A stretch of 64,000 nucleotides of DNA from contig CM097885.1 in the NCBI GenBank assembly GCA_044892525.1, positions 25,236,001 through 25,300,000 of the forward strand, read 5' to 3'. Under the pieces are notes generated by a model. It was not told where the DNA came from. It saw only the letters and a list, made by a program, of their open reading frames with translations, and did no database searches. This stretch comes from Schmidtea polychroa. Lineage: Eukaryota. The position numbers and the translations under genes are program-made. The number at the start of each line of letters is the position of its first letter. Position 1 is the first letter of the stretch. Below, piece by piece: positions 49,073 to 61,803 of this stretch.

Positions 49073-49152
49073 ACCTACACCTTCGATATATTATGACGAT
49101 TTCTAGTACAAAACTTGCAAAGTTTTTAGAGTTTCCTACCGGGAATGAGGAT
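49073..49152 (+). pseudogene. Partial duplicate of the BAF-like 5' end, retaining ATG at 49093
   Basis: Near-identical to ~49338-49417; reads MTISSTKLAKFLEFPTGNED and then diverges. Confidence 0.75.
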
Positions 49153-49357
49153 AATTTGAAGCTCGATGAGAGAAAAAGTACAAAAATTGTCAGTTGGTGT
49201 TTAGTATTTAAAAAAACCGTTAAACAAATCAGAAAACTTAAAAATATTAAGATAGCTAATTTATAGTAAATTATAAGTCGTATATTATATATTATTGTCA
49301 GTCTCTTTGTAGCTGGGTAGTTCCATAGTTATTACTTACCTACACCTTCGATATATT

Positions 49358-49543
49358 ATAACGATTTCTAGTACAAAACTTGCAAAGTTTTTAGAGCTTC
49401 CTATCTGGAATAAGGATGTTATCGAAACCCCAGGTGTTGGAGATGCGTTAGCAAAAAGATTTACCGAAAAAGGCTGCAATGCCAAACAAGCTAGTATTTG
49501 CTTTGACGCAATTGATGCCTGGGCTGATTTGATTCTATTATAA
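49358..49543 (+). pseudogene. BANF1: BAF (barrier-to-autointegration factor)-like sequence, start ATG>ATA, central ~30 aa missing
   Basis: ITISSTKLAKFLELPIWNKDVIETPGVGDALAKRFTEKG^CNAKQASICFDAIDAWADLILL* versus recalled BAF [38 protein letters not shown][...][21 protein letters not shown]. Confidence 0.8.
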
Positions 49544-51330
49544 ATTAATATAAATTAGGAATCTCACCAGGTTTATTTGATACTTGATTGTTTTGATAGT
49601 TCAAACGAATTTACGATGTTTAATGTTTTTGTTATTTTGATGTTAAAAATAATTTTTTGATGCGTTTTTATTAACTTGATTTATGTCTACAAAATTGTCT
49701 CATTTTTATGCCCGATTCTGTAACACATACAAAAAAATCGTGGCTCTACGAAACACTACAAATAGGAGTCTGTGATACCATACATAAACCGATTATCAGA
49801 TCAGATTATGTTTATGCACCTTTCTAATTGAATGTATTAGTGTTGGGAAATATGGCTAATTTAAGGTTAATTTTGAATAAAGTTCTTTGAATGGGCGCTC
49901 GGTAAAGGACATTTATTAGCATTGAAAGGTTTGTAAATAGTTTTGTATTTTAAAGCCCGACTTATTTAACCAAGCGTCGGTAAAGTGGGAAATGTATTCA
50001 ATATAAGCCAATCTGAAAGGAAAGCAGAAGAATGTGAGTACTGACATGCAAAAAGACAATCGATACAAATATGTACCACATGCAAGTAGAAACATCGTCA
50101 ATGAATCCGAAATATTTTTCATGTGTAGAATCAAAAAGCACAAGTTATAGATAAAATTGGTATATTTATTTATAAATTGCATGCTACAAAGTGTAGGTAA
50201 TTTAGATATATTGTTACAGTTCAAGCAACTGTTGGGTTATAAACAACCGCTGCCACTTAAAAGAATTCATATACAAAAAAATTCAATGGAAAGACACTAA
50301 AAGCTAAATTCAGATGCTCCAAAGAAACCCTCAAAAACCAATACAGAAAGTAATTAACATTTTGTTTTATTCTGACATTATTAATAGTGATCAAAATTTT
50401 GCACACCTTATTTTGGAAATTATATATATTAACAATTACTTAAATTAATTAATTACTAATTATTATTAAATTAATGTAAACATTTAAATTTTATTTATTA
50501 ATAAATTTATAAATATTAGGTAATTCAGCAATGAATAAGAATTCTGAAATGAGTGAAAATGATTATCGTATATATGTAAAATTTTCAAAATTTATTTCTT
50601 TTTTTTGTAAGTTAAGAATATGAATTATATATTTTTGAAATCCAACAAGATTGAGGAGAAATAATAAATTTATATGATTTTTGTAAATCAATAGTATCAA
50701 TTTGTAGAGGAGATCGTTACGAATCGAATGAAATCAAAATATTATAAATTAATAAAATATTAAATTAAATCTATTTGAAGCATGCAAGAAAATTATTATT
50801 GATAAAATAGTTTTTATTGTAGTTAAAATCGAATTAAAAGTCGAGTTGTCGTTAGATTTTATATTTTAATGGATTTGTAACGTTAATTTATTATTTTATT
50901 CAATTAGAGCATATAATAATTAATATATATTATATAATTGTTTAGCATTAATGTTACTCTTGTTATTAATATAAAATCCCTTTAATTATTTGATGTTTTT
51001 AACTGATTGAATTTTATTGAATTTGTCTTAGAAATGTGTGGTCTTCAAATTTGGAGATAATATTTTACATTTTTGTATCGTAATTCATCAAGTACGATAT
51101 TGAATTGTTTTTATGAAAACACAAACTAATCTAGCAACGGCCTTGTATATATTTATATATCAAATAAATTGAGTTAAAAAAATTTAAATGATTGTATAAA
51201 TATATCAAATCAAATTATTTAAGGTATATACATTTATTTGTGTTTTATTTAAATAATATATATATAGACAATTTTAATTTGTTATTATAATAAATCTTAT
51301 TTAGATGTTTTCTTTTAGTTTTTTTATAAC

Positions 51331-51565
51331 ATGGCGTCACAGGCCGTATTCGACCATTACATTTTAGAAAAGATTTTATATCAAAAATGATGCCTCGACG
51401 CATATTACAGATCTTAAAAGGATGATGAAAGAGAACCATATTTCAACAGATGAGGCGAAAGTTCGGAATTTGTTAGAATCATTGGAAGAAAACGCTGGTA
51501 TTGAGCTTATGTCACTACCAGGGTATGCGAAGAATACTAAGGATTATAAAGAAATTAAAGGTTAA
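51331..51565 (+). pseudogene. Degenerate gag-like N-terminus
   Basis: MASQAVFDHYILEK / DASTHITDLKRMMKENHISTDEAKVRNLLESLEENAGIELMSLPGY..DYKEIK, a gypsy gag-like pattern with a frameshift. Confidence 0.4.
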
Positions 51566-52598
51566 TTTTTAGGCTTATACAGAATAAAAGAAAGACAAAT
51601 TTTCTCCATTTTCGATTATAAAATTTAATAAAAGTGATCTATCTTTAAAGTTTATAATTAAACTGAAGGTAGAATTATTTTAGAAAGAACCCGGGTTAAA
51701 TGAAGACGAAAGAGAAATAATTGTATTATTGGCATTTTCCCGAGAATTAAATAATGAAAAGACAGCAGTTTCCATACAGTTTAATCATCCAAAAACTTAT
51801 ATAATCTAATAACAAATTTTAATTTTTTTATTAATGTAGTTGCCTTAATTCTATTTTTTTCCTGAAGGGGATGAAAAATGAAGTTCATTTCTACATTTTT
51901 TGGCTCTATTTTAGAGAAAGTGATTCTTAATATTAATGCTATGTAACTATAAATAAGTCTATTTCTTATATAACTTTTTCCCAGTTTCATGACATGTTCA
52001 CAAATATAATAGGAACCAGGCATTGATATCATTATTTTGGCATGTTCAATTAGATTACGAAGAGACTTTACTCAAATCTTTTTTTAATTCTAATTTTAGT
52101 ACATTTATAAATATTTGTTTAATTCTGGGTAATTTTATAACTCTATTAATTCAAGTTGATATCTGGACTCAATTTCTTCAACATTTACTAAAAATTGAAT
52201 ATTAATTTCCATTTCTTTGAAATCTTTTAAAACAATTTTCAAATTCGTTGTGAAATTTAGTAAGTTTCACCGCATATAATTGGTGGGTTACAGGTACTGC
52301 AAAATCTTTACCTCCTCATGCTGTTTCCAGCGTAACCCAGAATACAATTTATAGCTGACCACTTGATACCCGTTGAGCAATCAACGTTGGTACTGTATCA
52401 AGGGTTTGGGCACTAGCAAAAAGTGAGCATGCTTAACATACTATAATTGTCTAGTACCCACTGGGGTTCACGGACTACCGATAGAAGGTCTATGTCCGGT
52501 TTCTTTTCGTCCCCGTAGCAATAATCATCAACAAAAAAAAATCAAAAGATACAGTCATGGATACACCAGTAAAGATTTATTCGGACAACATGGACAAC

Positions 52599-53063
52599 TT
52601 ATAGTGTCCTGGTCGATTCTCTTGGTGTAGCCTCTGATCCAGTAGAATGGAGAGTTAATTGGGCCTGGCTGGCTTGCCTTATTCTCGCTCGCGCCGCTTT
52701 ACCCGGCTGAATCTTCTTCCTCGGGATTGCTGTTGTTGGGGTGCACCCCTTCGATTGGTGGAGCAACTCACTCGTGGGTCGGATCTTGGCAATGACCTCT
52801 CGATCAAGGTCCTGTTGGTGTACCTTGACCTCCAGCTCCCTCACTCTCAGGCGGAGGGCCCGCAACTCAACCTGATCTTGTGCACTCTGGAGTTGTAGTT
52901 GAGTGATCAACTCTATCCGTTTTTTCATTTCCGCTGGCGGGAACCAGGTGCATTCGAAATTCCGGCAGTGGGCCTTGACTCGTGCTAGCTTGGCCCGGTA
53001 TTCCTCTGCCTGTTGTTGCGCCCGTTCCCTATCTGCTCGCATCTCTTCCAGGAGTTTTAGCAC
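52599..53063 (-). CDS. Hypothetical coiled-coil protein with basic tail, possibly spliced at the 5' end
   Basis: 154-codon GC-rich ORF with heptad-like stretches; acceptor-like ttcgttttag immediately upstream. Confidence 0.5.
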   Translation of the reverse strand: MLKLLEEMRADRERAQQQAEEYRAKLARVKAHCRNFECTWFPPAEMKKRIELITQLQLQSAQDQVELRALRLRVRELEVKVHQQDLDREVIAKIRPTSELLHQSKGCTPTTAIPRKKIQPGKAARARIRQASQAQLTLHSTGSEATPRESTRTL

Positions 53064-53556
53064 TAAAACGAAATAAAATCAATGAATTTTACATCAGCAT
53101 CGAGGGTCGAGCATCATTATGAGTATCAATGTTAAAAGTAGGTAATCCCCTCGTCTCAGTCCTCCGCTACGCACACCCCAAAACCGAGTTCTATGTATCT
53201 TACCCAACCTTATAGTGCTGTCAACGCTATAGAAAATTGTAGTCAACAATAATGATACTCCATGTCATGAACATTACTAAGAATCAAACAATCCACACAA
53301 TTAAGTTATCATCGACCACCAAGACACAAACAAACATTAAATAATTATGAACTATTAAGACCTAACGAATAATATTCGAATCCTGGATCAAAGATGTTTA
53401 ACACAGTACATATCACACAATACACCCAATAACAAGGTCATCACATAATAATTAGTTTTTATCACAAGTTTTTCGTTTTGACACAACACGGACGTCAGTC
53501 GTACCGTGCCCGCTAGTCTTCGGTTCCGTACTCTCCTTGGTTGAGCTGGCGGTCTT

Positions 53557-53991
53557 TCACGGGCGTCCGCGTTTTCCCAGTCGTTCCAGTCCCCGTTGCG
53601 ATCTTCTTGGGTATTCCAGCCCACGTTGGAGAGCCGCGGTTCGCTTTGGATGGCATTGGGCTCGTGCGTACCCGTCACAGTCTTCCATCTTGCCGGCCAG
53701 GGTTGCTTCTTCGAGCCGGTGTAATCGGTCCACCGCTTCCTTTACCTCGTCAAAGGCATCGATCAAAGCTAATGACGCGCAATTGATGTAACGCTCAACC
53801 TTCGGCGTTACGGGGACTACATTCTGGTAGGTCCAATCATGGATCTTATACCAGATCCACCTGGACCTCAGGCGAGTGAGTTCTTCTTCCTGGTCCAGTC
53901 TGGTAACTTCGTCTGCCTCCTCTTGAGTTAGGTTGCGTCTTGATGCGGATGCCAAGGGATTCGCGTGGCTGTCTTCTGATCCAAGCTTCAT
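53557..53991 (-). CDS. Unknown protein family, copy B (open 144 aa; C-terminus possibly frameshifted)
   Basis: EELTRLRSRWIWYKIHDW...PKVERYIN...AVDRLHRLE; GC-rich island. Confidence 0.6.
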   Translation of the reverse strand: MKLGSEDSHANPLASASRRNLTQEEADEVTRLDQEEELTRLRSRWIWYKIHDWTYQNVVPVTPKVERYINCASLALIDAFDEVKEAVDRLHRLEEATLAGKMEDCDGYARAQCHPKRTAALQRGLEYPRRSQRGLERLGKRGRP

Positions 53992-54204
53992 CTACATCTA
54001 GTTACCCCCAGACGTTTAATACACAATTTCATTCATGTTCGAATTGCTAATTAATTAATTTAAGTCGACTTGGGAATCGCGAAAGTCAAGGCCTACAAGT
54101 ACCAGTTAGGAAATTACAGTTCGTATATTTACATTGGGAATCCATTATTTTAGGTTTGATGAATCAATAGTTGGTGCAGTAAGGACGGATGTTTAAAGTT
54201 TTAT

Positions 54205-54370
54205 ATATTAAACTTCCAACACTGGTTGTTTAAATCATTTAAAGATTTATTTCATTAATTTATATCAAGTCACATTAATTTAAATATTAAACTTCCAATG
54301 CTAGTTGTTTAAATCATTTAAAGGTTTATTTTTGTTAATTTATATCAAGTTACATTAATTTAAATATTAA
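54205..54370. repeat. Two tandem ~80-bp units
   Basis: ATATTAAACTTCCAA...CATTAATTTAA repeated twice. Confidence 0.85.
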
Positions 54371-55927
54371 TTTGCATTTATTTAAATGTAAACATTCATT
54401 TTTATAATTTAATTTTGCTCTCTGTTGATGATTTTGTCAACAATCAAACCGTGCTACTAGGACCCATCCTGGGAAACGGATATTGTAAATTGCCTGAATT
54501 TAAATTCAGCCCTTTGTGAGTCCCTGGCCAGGATGGTTGTAAGTGGCTTTCTCTTCAACGGACACTTAACGGGTAAGTTGAAGTTTGATTTTAACTTGTC
54601 TGATTTCAGGGACAGTCTCTTGATGCTCCACGGTAAATACGATACCTTAAATAATGGATTTATGACACTATTGCCGGATGGTAGTTCAGACTATGCCAGT
54701 ACGCTAAATTCATGAGATACTTAGCTGAGAATTGTTATTCCTTTCCGGTTGGGGATCTATGCCGTGAGTTTTTAAGTTCTCTATTTACTCCCGAGGATAT
54801 TCAGGGATTTCTCAGTTGTTGTCGTGATTACACTGATGGAAGTAATTGGTCAGATAATTTTCACGAAACGAGCCTACGATGGAATTTAAATTTGCGTTTC
54901 TATTTTTTTTTCTATGTGGTTTTCTATTTTTACTTGGTTATTTTGGTTAATAAACTTTTGAGTTTTTGGTCTTTACATAATCCTAAGTAATTAATTCAAT
55001 TTTCCAAAGTAGCGTCGACATAATTTTATTTTTCTGAAGTAGATAAATAAACTGGGGTGTTTCCTCCCCCGATGATCTGGGAGACAACTATGCCTCGATG
55101 CGGTTGTTATTAACATGGGCAGACATATGTGCACACACGGACATATACGCATGTCCAAACATAAATGCATAACTTAAATTTAAATTATTGATCCTATCGT
55201 CGTTTACCGGGGGGGGGGGGGTTGTTACTAAACATAGATTCAGTGGTTTCCTGAAATTTTATTGGAGGGTAGGGTTATTGTAACTAAATTAGGACATAGG
55301 GGGATCCCAGAATCAACAATTAGCAAAAATTTAAATTTAAAAAAAAAATAATTATTTTAATAACTTAATAATAATGATAGTGATAACATTAGTGGTAATG
55401 ATAAGGGCGAAACTGCTAACGGCCGTAATAATATTAACATTAATAATTATAATAACAATAGTAATAATAATAATAATGATAATAATAATAATAATGATGA
55501 TATTAATAATAATAATAGCGATAATAATAATACTGATAAGGATAATAATAATAATAATAGTAACACCCATAATAATGATAATGGTAATATTAATAATAAT
55601 AGCCAGGTTAATAACAACAATGACAATAAGGTTAATGATAATGATAATGGTAAATGTAGATTCGTAATTTATAAGGTTACTACATAGGGGAAATCATTTT
55701 CGGGAAGTTATGAACGCATTTTCCACTCTGAGATATGCAACGATATTTCTAAAGTAATGTAAGCTAGCTGAGCCTAGAAGCAGATTAAACTAATACTTCT
55801 AGGTAGTCATTAAGGACCATAGGAGTCAAAAAGGGTCGTTTATAAAATTTTATAGGTAATCATTCCAGATATATATATTACAAGTCACTTTGTGCAAGGG
55901 GCATTTATGCAAATTCTCGAACAATCC

Positions 55928-56720
55928 TTTTTAACATATTATAATTCAAATATATATTAAAATCAGTTAATTTAGGACATTTATGTAATGGGTAATGTAT
56001 ATATATTTCGGGGGGGGGGGGGGGGGTCATTTAAGAAAATTCATAATTTATCGTTTCCTAAACCTACTGTAAGTTAAGTATATGCTAAGGAAGATTAATA
56101 TACTTCTATATACTATTATATAGTGATGATGTACACTTTATTAATGTAATTTTAAGAGAATTAATAATAATAATAATAACGATCCTAAAGATGGAAATTG
56201 CTAGATTATCACTTTTAACATATTACTATCCAAAATTACATATTTCAAATAAGTTCATTTAGGACATTTGGGTGATGAATATATATTCCGGGGGGTCATT
56301 TGAGAAAATTCATCATTTCCTAAACCTACTGGAAGTTAAATATATATTAAGGAAGATTAATATACTTCTATATACTATTATATAGTGATGATGTACACTT
56401 TATTAATGTAATTTTAAGAGAATTAATAAAATAATAATAATAACGATCCTAAAGATGGAAATTGCTATATTATCATTTTTAACATATTACTATCCAAAAT
56501 TACATATTCAAATAAGTTCATTTAGGACATTTGGGTGATGAATATATATTCCGGGGGGTCATTTGAGAAAATTTATAATTTATCATTTTCTAAACATAAT
56601 GTAAATATGTATTAAGAAAGCTTAATATACTTATATATGCCATTATATGGGAATGATATACCATTTATTAATGTAATTTTGGAAAATCAATAATGATAAT
56701 AGTAATGATGCCAAAGTTGA
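55928..56720. repeat. Three tandem ~265-285 bp units
   Basis: Units start TTTTAACATATTA at ~55928, ~56213 and ~56477; each has TTTAGGACATTT and a G-run followed by TCATTT. Confidence 0.9.
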
Positions 56721-57446
56721 CAATATTATTAGGACACACAAAAAAAAATCTTTGAAGATTTTATATCAACTAAATTTCAATACACATAAAGGTAAGAATG
56801 AAAATTTTGAAGGGATTTTAGTTTATAATAATACACATCGAGCGTGAACTAGATTACATTGAATAAAATTATGAATAGTATTAATTTGAGTCTGGGATAT
56901 TTCCCGTTTAGATGTTCCTAGTGATATATTTCCTATAGAAGGTTTAAGTGTTTATTTTTGGTATGTCTTTTACCGAAAGGTCGAATTAATTAAAATTTTC
57001 CTACTTTCCCGACTCAACTGAATACGGTACGATAGGCCTTATTGTGTTATGTTTCCCGCGATTACTTTCCCGAAGTTTATTTCGTCCGCATAGTCCCTAT
57101 GACTATGCCAACTACCGGTATGGATTTACCGCCCTACTCCTGGTTAGAAACCATTTGTTCGTGGCGACCTCCGGTTAAAAAAAAAATTTGAAATTTTTAT
57201 GCATGTGGGGTCGTAGACCCAAAAATTGTGCATGTGGCTATTAGTTGGAAGCAAGACTACCCATTCACGACGACGCTAGTCACTCTTGTTCAGTAATAAT
57301 CAAATATGGAAAAAGATAAAAATATAACTAATAAGATGAAATATAATGATAAAAGAACAACCATAAAATAAATATAATCAACAGTGCTTACTCTCGGTGT
57401 CGATTAGATTTTCGATAAAAACTTTTGGCATACAAAAAGATTAAAT

Positions 57447-58090
57447 TGTGACCGAAATGCGTCAGTATATATACCTATTTTGTACACGTGTATGTATTGA
57501 TGCATTAAAACAAACTCGAATTCTTTTTATTCCAGAATTTTCTATTTCGTGATTTTGATATTTTTAATGGAAATTTTAGTGCTATAATTTTTGTTTTTAT
57601 TTTTAAATTTTTATTTTCTAATTATTTTTCATTAATTTTACGTCCATGATGGATTTGGAACGGTTCCAGAACATTCTATTTTATTTTTAATACAATTTTC
57701 ATTTTAACTGCTGTTTTATGAATTTCTTTTTAAGATTTTTTTATTTTTAATAATAATTTATTTATTTTCTCTAACTTTTGTTGTTCTAAATGGCCGTTGT
57801 GATGGTCGTCGCCATTTTATGGAATGTTCTGGGTTTTTCTGAAATCTTTTTACTGTTTTTATCGTCTTTTAAGTTATTCGAGTTTGCTTTTTGTAATTCT
57901 ATGTTTACTTGGTCATTTTTGAGTTAGATTTTGCATAACTTCTTGCTTTTGTATAATTTTTATTTAATTTCTGTGTTTTAGTTTTTTGTTGTTTTTTTCT
58001 TTAATTACTATTGTTTATTTTGTGTAGTTTTTAATATTTAACTATACTTTTTGCTTTTTGCATGCTGTGTACCTACACATTTCGGTCACA
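57447..58090. mobile_element. Solo-LTR-like element
   Basis: TGTGACCGAAATG...CATTTCGGTCACA termini (TG..CA); strongly T-skewed interior; no clear TSD. Confidence 0.55.
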
Positions 58091-59027
58091 ATTAGAAATT
58101 TGGGTCTAGAAGTCAGTTCTAGCCCAACATAATTTTAATTTATTATCTGTAAGATTTTTTATAAAAACTCTTGGAATAAGATATTTTTTATGAAAGACAT
58201 ACTTATGAAAAAGATATGTTGAGCATTAAAGATCTTTATATTATAATCCAAAGGCCATCAATAAATTGATTTTTCTTTGAAGTTGTACCTTTAACTTATT
58301 GAAATGATTAAAAAAATTTACACCAAATAAAATATGGATAGACCATCTTGGGCCAATGTAGTGTAATTTCTTTTGACATAATAATTTATTTTAAATATTA
58401 TTTATTGTTTCTATTTTTGAAAAATACTGAATTTCTATTTCTATTATCAACCCATAAGTTTATCTTTATCAATATTAGTTACGGCATTATTTTTAAGAAG
58501 CTATAAAAATAATCCATTTATTTATAAATATTGATAAAGCTTTCAGGATTCTCATATATAGATAAAGAATTTACGCAATTCTTGAACGATATGGAAAAAC
58601 TGAAAACTTGAACAGAAAGTGAAATAAAAGCAAACCAAACTTCACCGAGAATCAAAAAGTGAATTTTAAATCTCAAAGCCAGAACGGTTGGAAAAATTGT
58701 TAGAAAATTTCATATATCTAAATATTTTTTTTTGAAATTCACCTTAATAATTCTGTTGAATAAAAAAACGAGTACAAAAATCTGAGAAATGCAAAAATAT
58801 TTGAAAAATTTGAAAATGTACAAGCTGGTGGTTTACTGATGATTAAGTATTTTGCAATGTCGCCTCTCCGTCATATAAATTCAGGGGCAAAAAAAATGAA
58901 ATCCAACTATTCAATTTATTCAGATATCACAAAGATGCAGCTAATAGAGTACAAAGGTATAACCAAAAAAACAAGATCAGTTCAAGTGAGTAACATGAAA
59001 ATCATCGTCAATAATCGATAAGTGAAA

Positions 59028-59362
59028 TTAGGTTACATTTGATTCTTCCGGCGCCTCGTCGTCCTCGGCCTCTTCCAGAGGGTTTCCCACCTCTTTCGCT
59101 CTAAGCTGGCCTTCGATCTTCCGTAATCTGTACTGGGCGACTTCTACCGCCATTCGTGCCTGGTCACGGGCATCTACCAGTTGATTGTTGTAAGGCTCCG
59201 TTTTCACCCAAGCCTGGGTCCACTCCGGATCACCGGGCCGTAATTGTCTAAGTCTCAACCTCGGTCCCAGTCGTGAATTTTATACCAGATATATATGGTC
59301 TGGAGTCGAGTGAGTAGCTGCTGGTTTGGCTCGTCATCGTCGTAGTTGTGGGATTGAGACAT
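59028..59362 (-). pseudogene. Unknown protein family, copy C (one frameshift)
   Basis: MSQSHNYDDDEPNQQLLTRLQTIYIWYKIHDWDR / LRLRQLRPGDPEWTQAWVKTEPYNNQLVDARDQARMAVEVAQYRLRKIEGQLRAKEVGNPLEEAE. Confidence 0.72.
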
Positions 59363-59711
59363 TCTTAATTAGATAAGTATGGTTAAAGGTTTAAGTCCGA
59401 AAGGTCATCTTCTATGGTTCATTCGTCCAATTACGTCACAAAATAATGATGGGTTGAATATTTGATCATAATCACTCATATAAATTTGTATCGTAAGTTA
59501 AATGGTAATCAATTAGAAAATTAACTGGTAAATTGAAAGGTTAATTAACTGGTAAATCGAATCGTAAATTAGGTCATAAAGGAATTATAAACTGACTGAT
59601 AAATTAAATTGTAATCACAATATAACTTCATCTAAATAAAAATAAGATTTTTAGGCCCGTACGCTTAGGTGACAAGACTTCTTGGTGGGAGGCGATGACT
59701 TGGAAAAAGGG

Positions 59712-60050
59712 TCATGGTGCACTGGGAAGATGTTGTCCGCTTCGTGGATGGGGATACTGACGATTTTTCGAGTAGAGGCCGCCTACAAGTAGACTTTGTG
59801 AAGAGCTTCCGATTGCTCTTTTATCAGACTCCGTTGAGAACGGCTCTCGGAGATTAGAGCGTCGCGACAGTGTTCGCTGCGGTACAATTTCTTCTGTACC
59901 TCTTTCATTTGTACTGGGCTGAACCATGTACCTTCCAGTTCGTCGATTTTTCTTTTGTATCAACCGATCTGGGCCTGCAAATCTTTGATGATAGTTTTTA
60001 TCTGAACACAAGAAACAGGGTCGTAACACAGGTCTTGTATTCGGTAGCAT
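59712..60050 (-). pseudogene. Gag-like ORF fragment with degenerate CCHC zinc knuckle
   Basis: CFLCSDKNYHQRF, with the final C reachable by a 1-nt shift. Confidence 0.4.
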
Positions 60051-61803
60051 TTTGGAGAGCTATAAAGGAGAGCTATGATAAACTGAATATACTAAATTTA
60101 CAGAGTTATTAATTTGACGCGACTATCCGTTTATCGTCTCGAATATTCAGCAAGAAAATTAAACCAGGGCTGGTGTGTAAGAGAAATTCCCCCCCAGACG
60201 CTCGATCGTTGTTCCGTTGTGCATTATTTGTTTATCAGAAATCGACTAGTAACATAATATTATCTTGACGAATGCAAATAAATGCTCATTAAGCATGAAG
60301 ATTTCGTAATTGAGCAAAATTATTAGCCTCTAAATTTCCCTTAAAAATACTAAATCGCTTTTAAGATCAAAACAAAGGATGTAGGTCCGTGTATTTCCCC
60401 AAAACTTTCCTTTTCCCATTGGATGATTTTCGCACATGGGGGTTTAATGAATTGCGATCACCAATCCATTTAGATTTAATTATTATCTGTAATATTTAAT
60501 TTCAAAATTTGGATTTTAAAGAATTTTAATCGCATTCTATAGTCGTCCGTTGATTGCTCAAAATTATCTCGATTGGCGAAAAATTTTATCTAAAAATCTG
60601 AACTACAGGTTTGGGTGACATGTCTCATGGCAATTATTATCCGACGCACTCACCTACTACTATGCAAGATGGTGAAAATTGCACTGGGTATGTCATGTGG
60701 TGAGATTCCTTACTGCTAGTAGTTGCTCGTGATCGTGTTATTTGTAACGTATACCCACATATGGATGTCACTACTAGCATTTGCAAGGTGCGTGTTCACG
60801 GGTTTCTATTTGATGGAATTTTAATTACTCTAACATATTGAGTTGGAAAAATTTTCAGATGTCGCATTCTATTATGTTAGTTCACATCAATCCTGCAAAT
60901 TGGAACTCGTCGCTGTAACCCGCAATTTCTCCGGTGTTGGATATATTAAGCTAGGGAGAATTTTTCTAAACTGTCTATAAGATTTCTATTGATTTTATTT
61001 TAGCGACGTATATTCGTAATGAGTCGAATGGAGGATTTTTGCACGGGTAGTTCAAAAATAGTTAATGAATGTTTCTAAATAAAATATTTTTATACATATG
61101 GTCTTGTTATTCAATTTTTTCGTTGATGATACTGTTATATTCTATTGTATGATTGTCATGACGCAAGAGTGAAAATTCCGAACCAGATTTATTCTCAGAA
61201 ATAAAACATGAATCTCAATTTTTCAAAAATGGAGAAATGAGTTGGAGGTGAGTGCTAATTGAGTTATTTACGAAAATTAGAGATCCCGATTTATGAATGG
61301 TGATAGTAAGATTTTTTCGAAAAGCGAGAATTATGGTTTGTAGAATTATTGCAGACCTGAAGATTGTAGCTTCCTCAATCACTGTGAAAAGTGAACATTA
61401 CTTTCTTTCGCTTGAGAATTTATTATACATCTTGTCTTCTACTGTTCTAACTAAATTTAGGTGACCTTCAGTGACGGACCCGTGAGGAAGCCTCCACATT
61501 ACAGCCCGAATCAACTGCGTGATTGAAAGGTTTCATGTCCACCGGCTGAGCACCCGAAGGCCCCTCACACTATGACATGAAACGTCTCAACTCCACGTTC
61601 CTCATAAAAATGAAATCATAAAATATTATGTCATGAAATCAAAATCATAAAAACTTCTGAATATCTAGTTTATTGTTATGAATCACATTCGAACATTTTA
61701 ATTATTAGCATCATTAAAATTACGGAAAAGATCAAATGAAGAGAAAGTTAGCACAAAAGTGAAATTTTAATTATCTCAAATATCCATGATTACTTTATCG
61801 ATA

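Noticed and set aside
55352..55670. Ile-rich ORFs on both strands
   Set aside because: A decayed AAT-derived low-complexity tract.
54205..56720. CRISPR-like array
   Set aside because: Long tandem units without unique spacers, no cas genes, eukaryotic context.
57161..57172. TGGCGACC as a primer-binding site
   Set aside because: No LTR 3' end (CA) identified immediately upstream.
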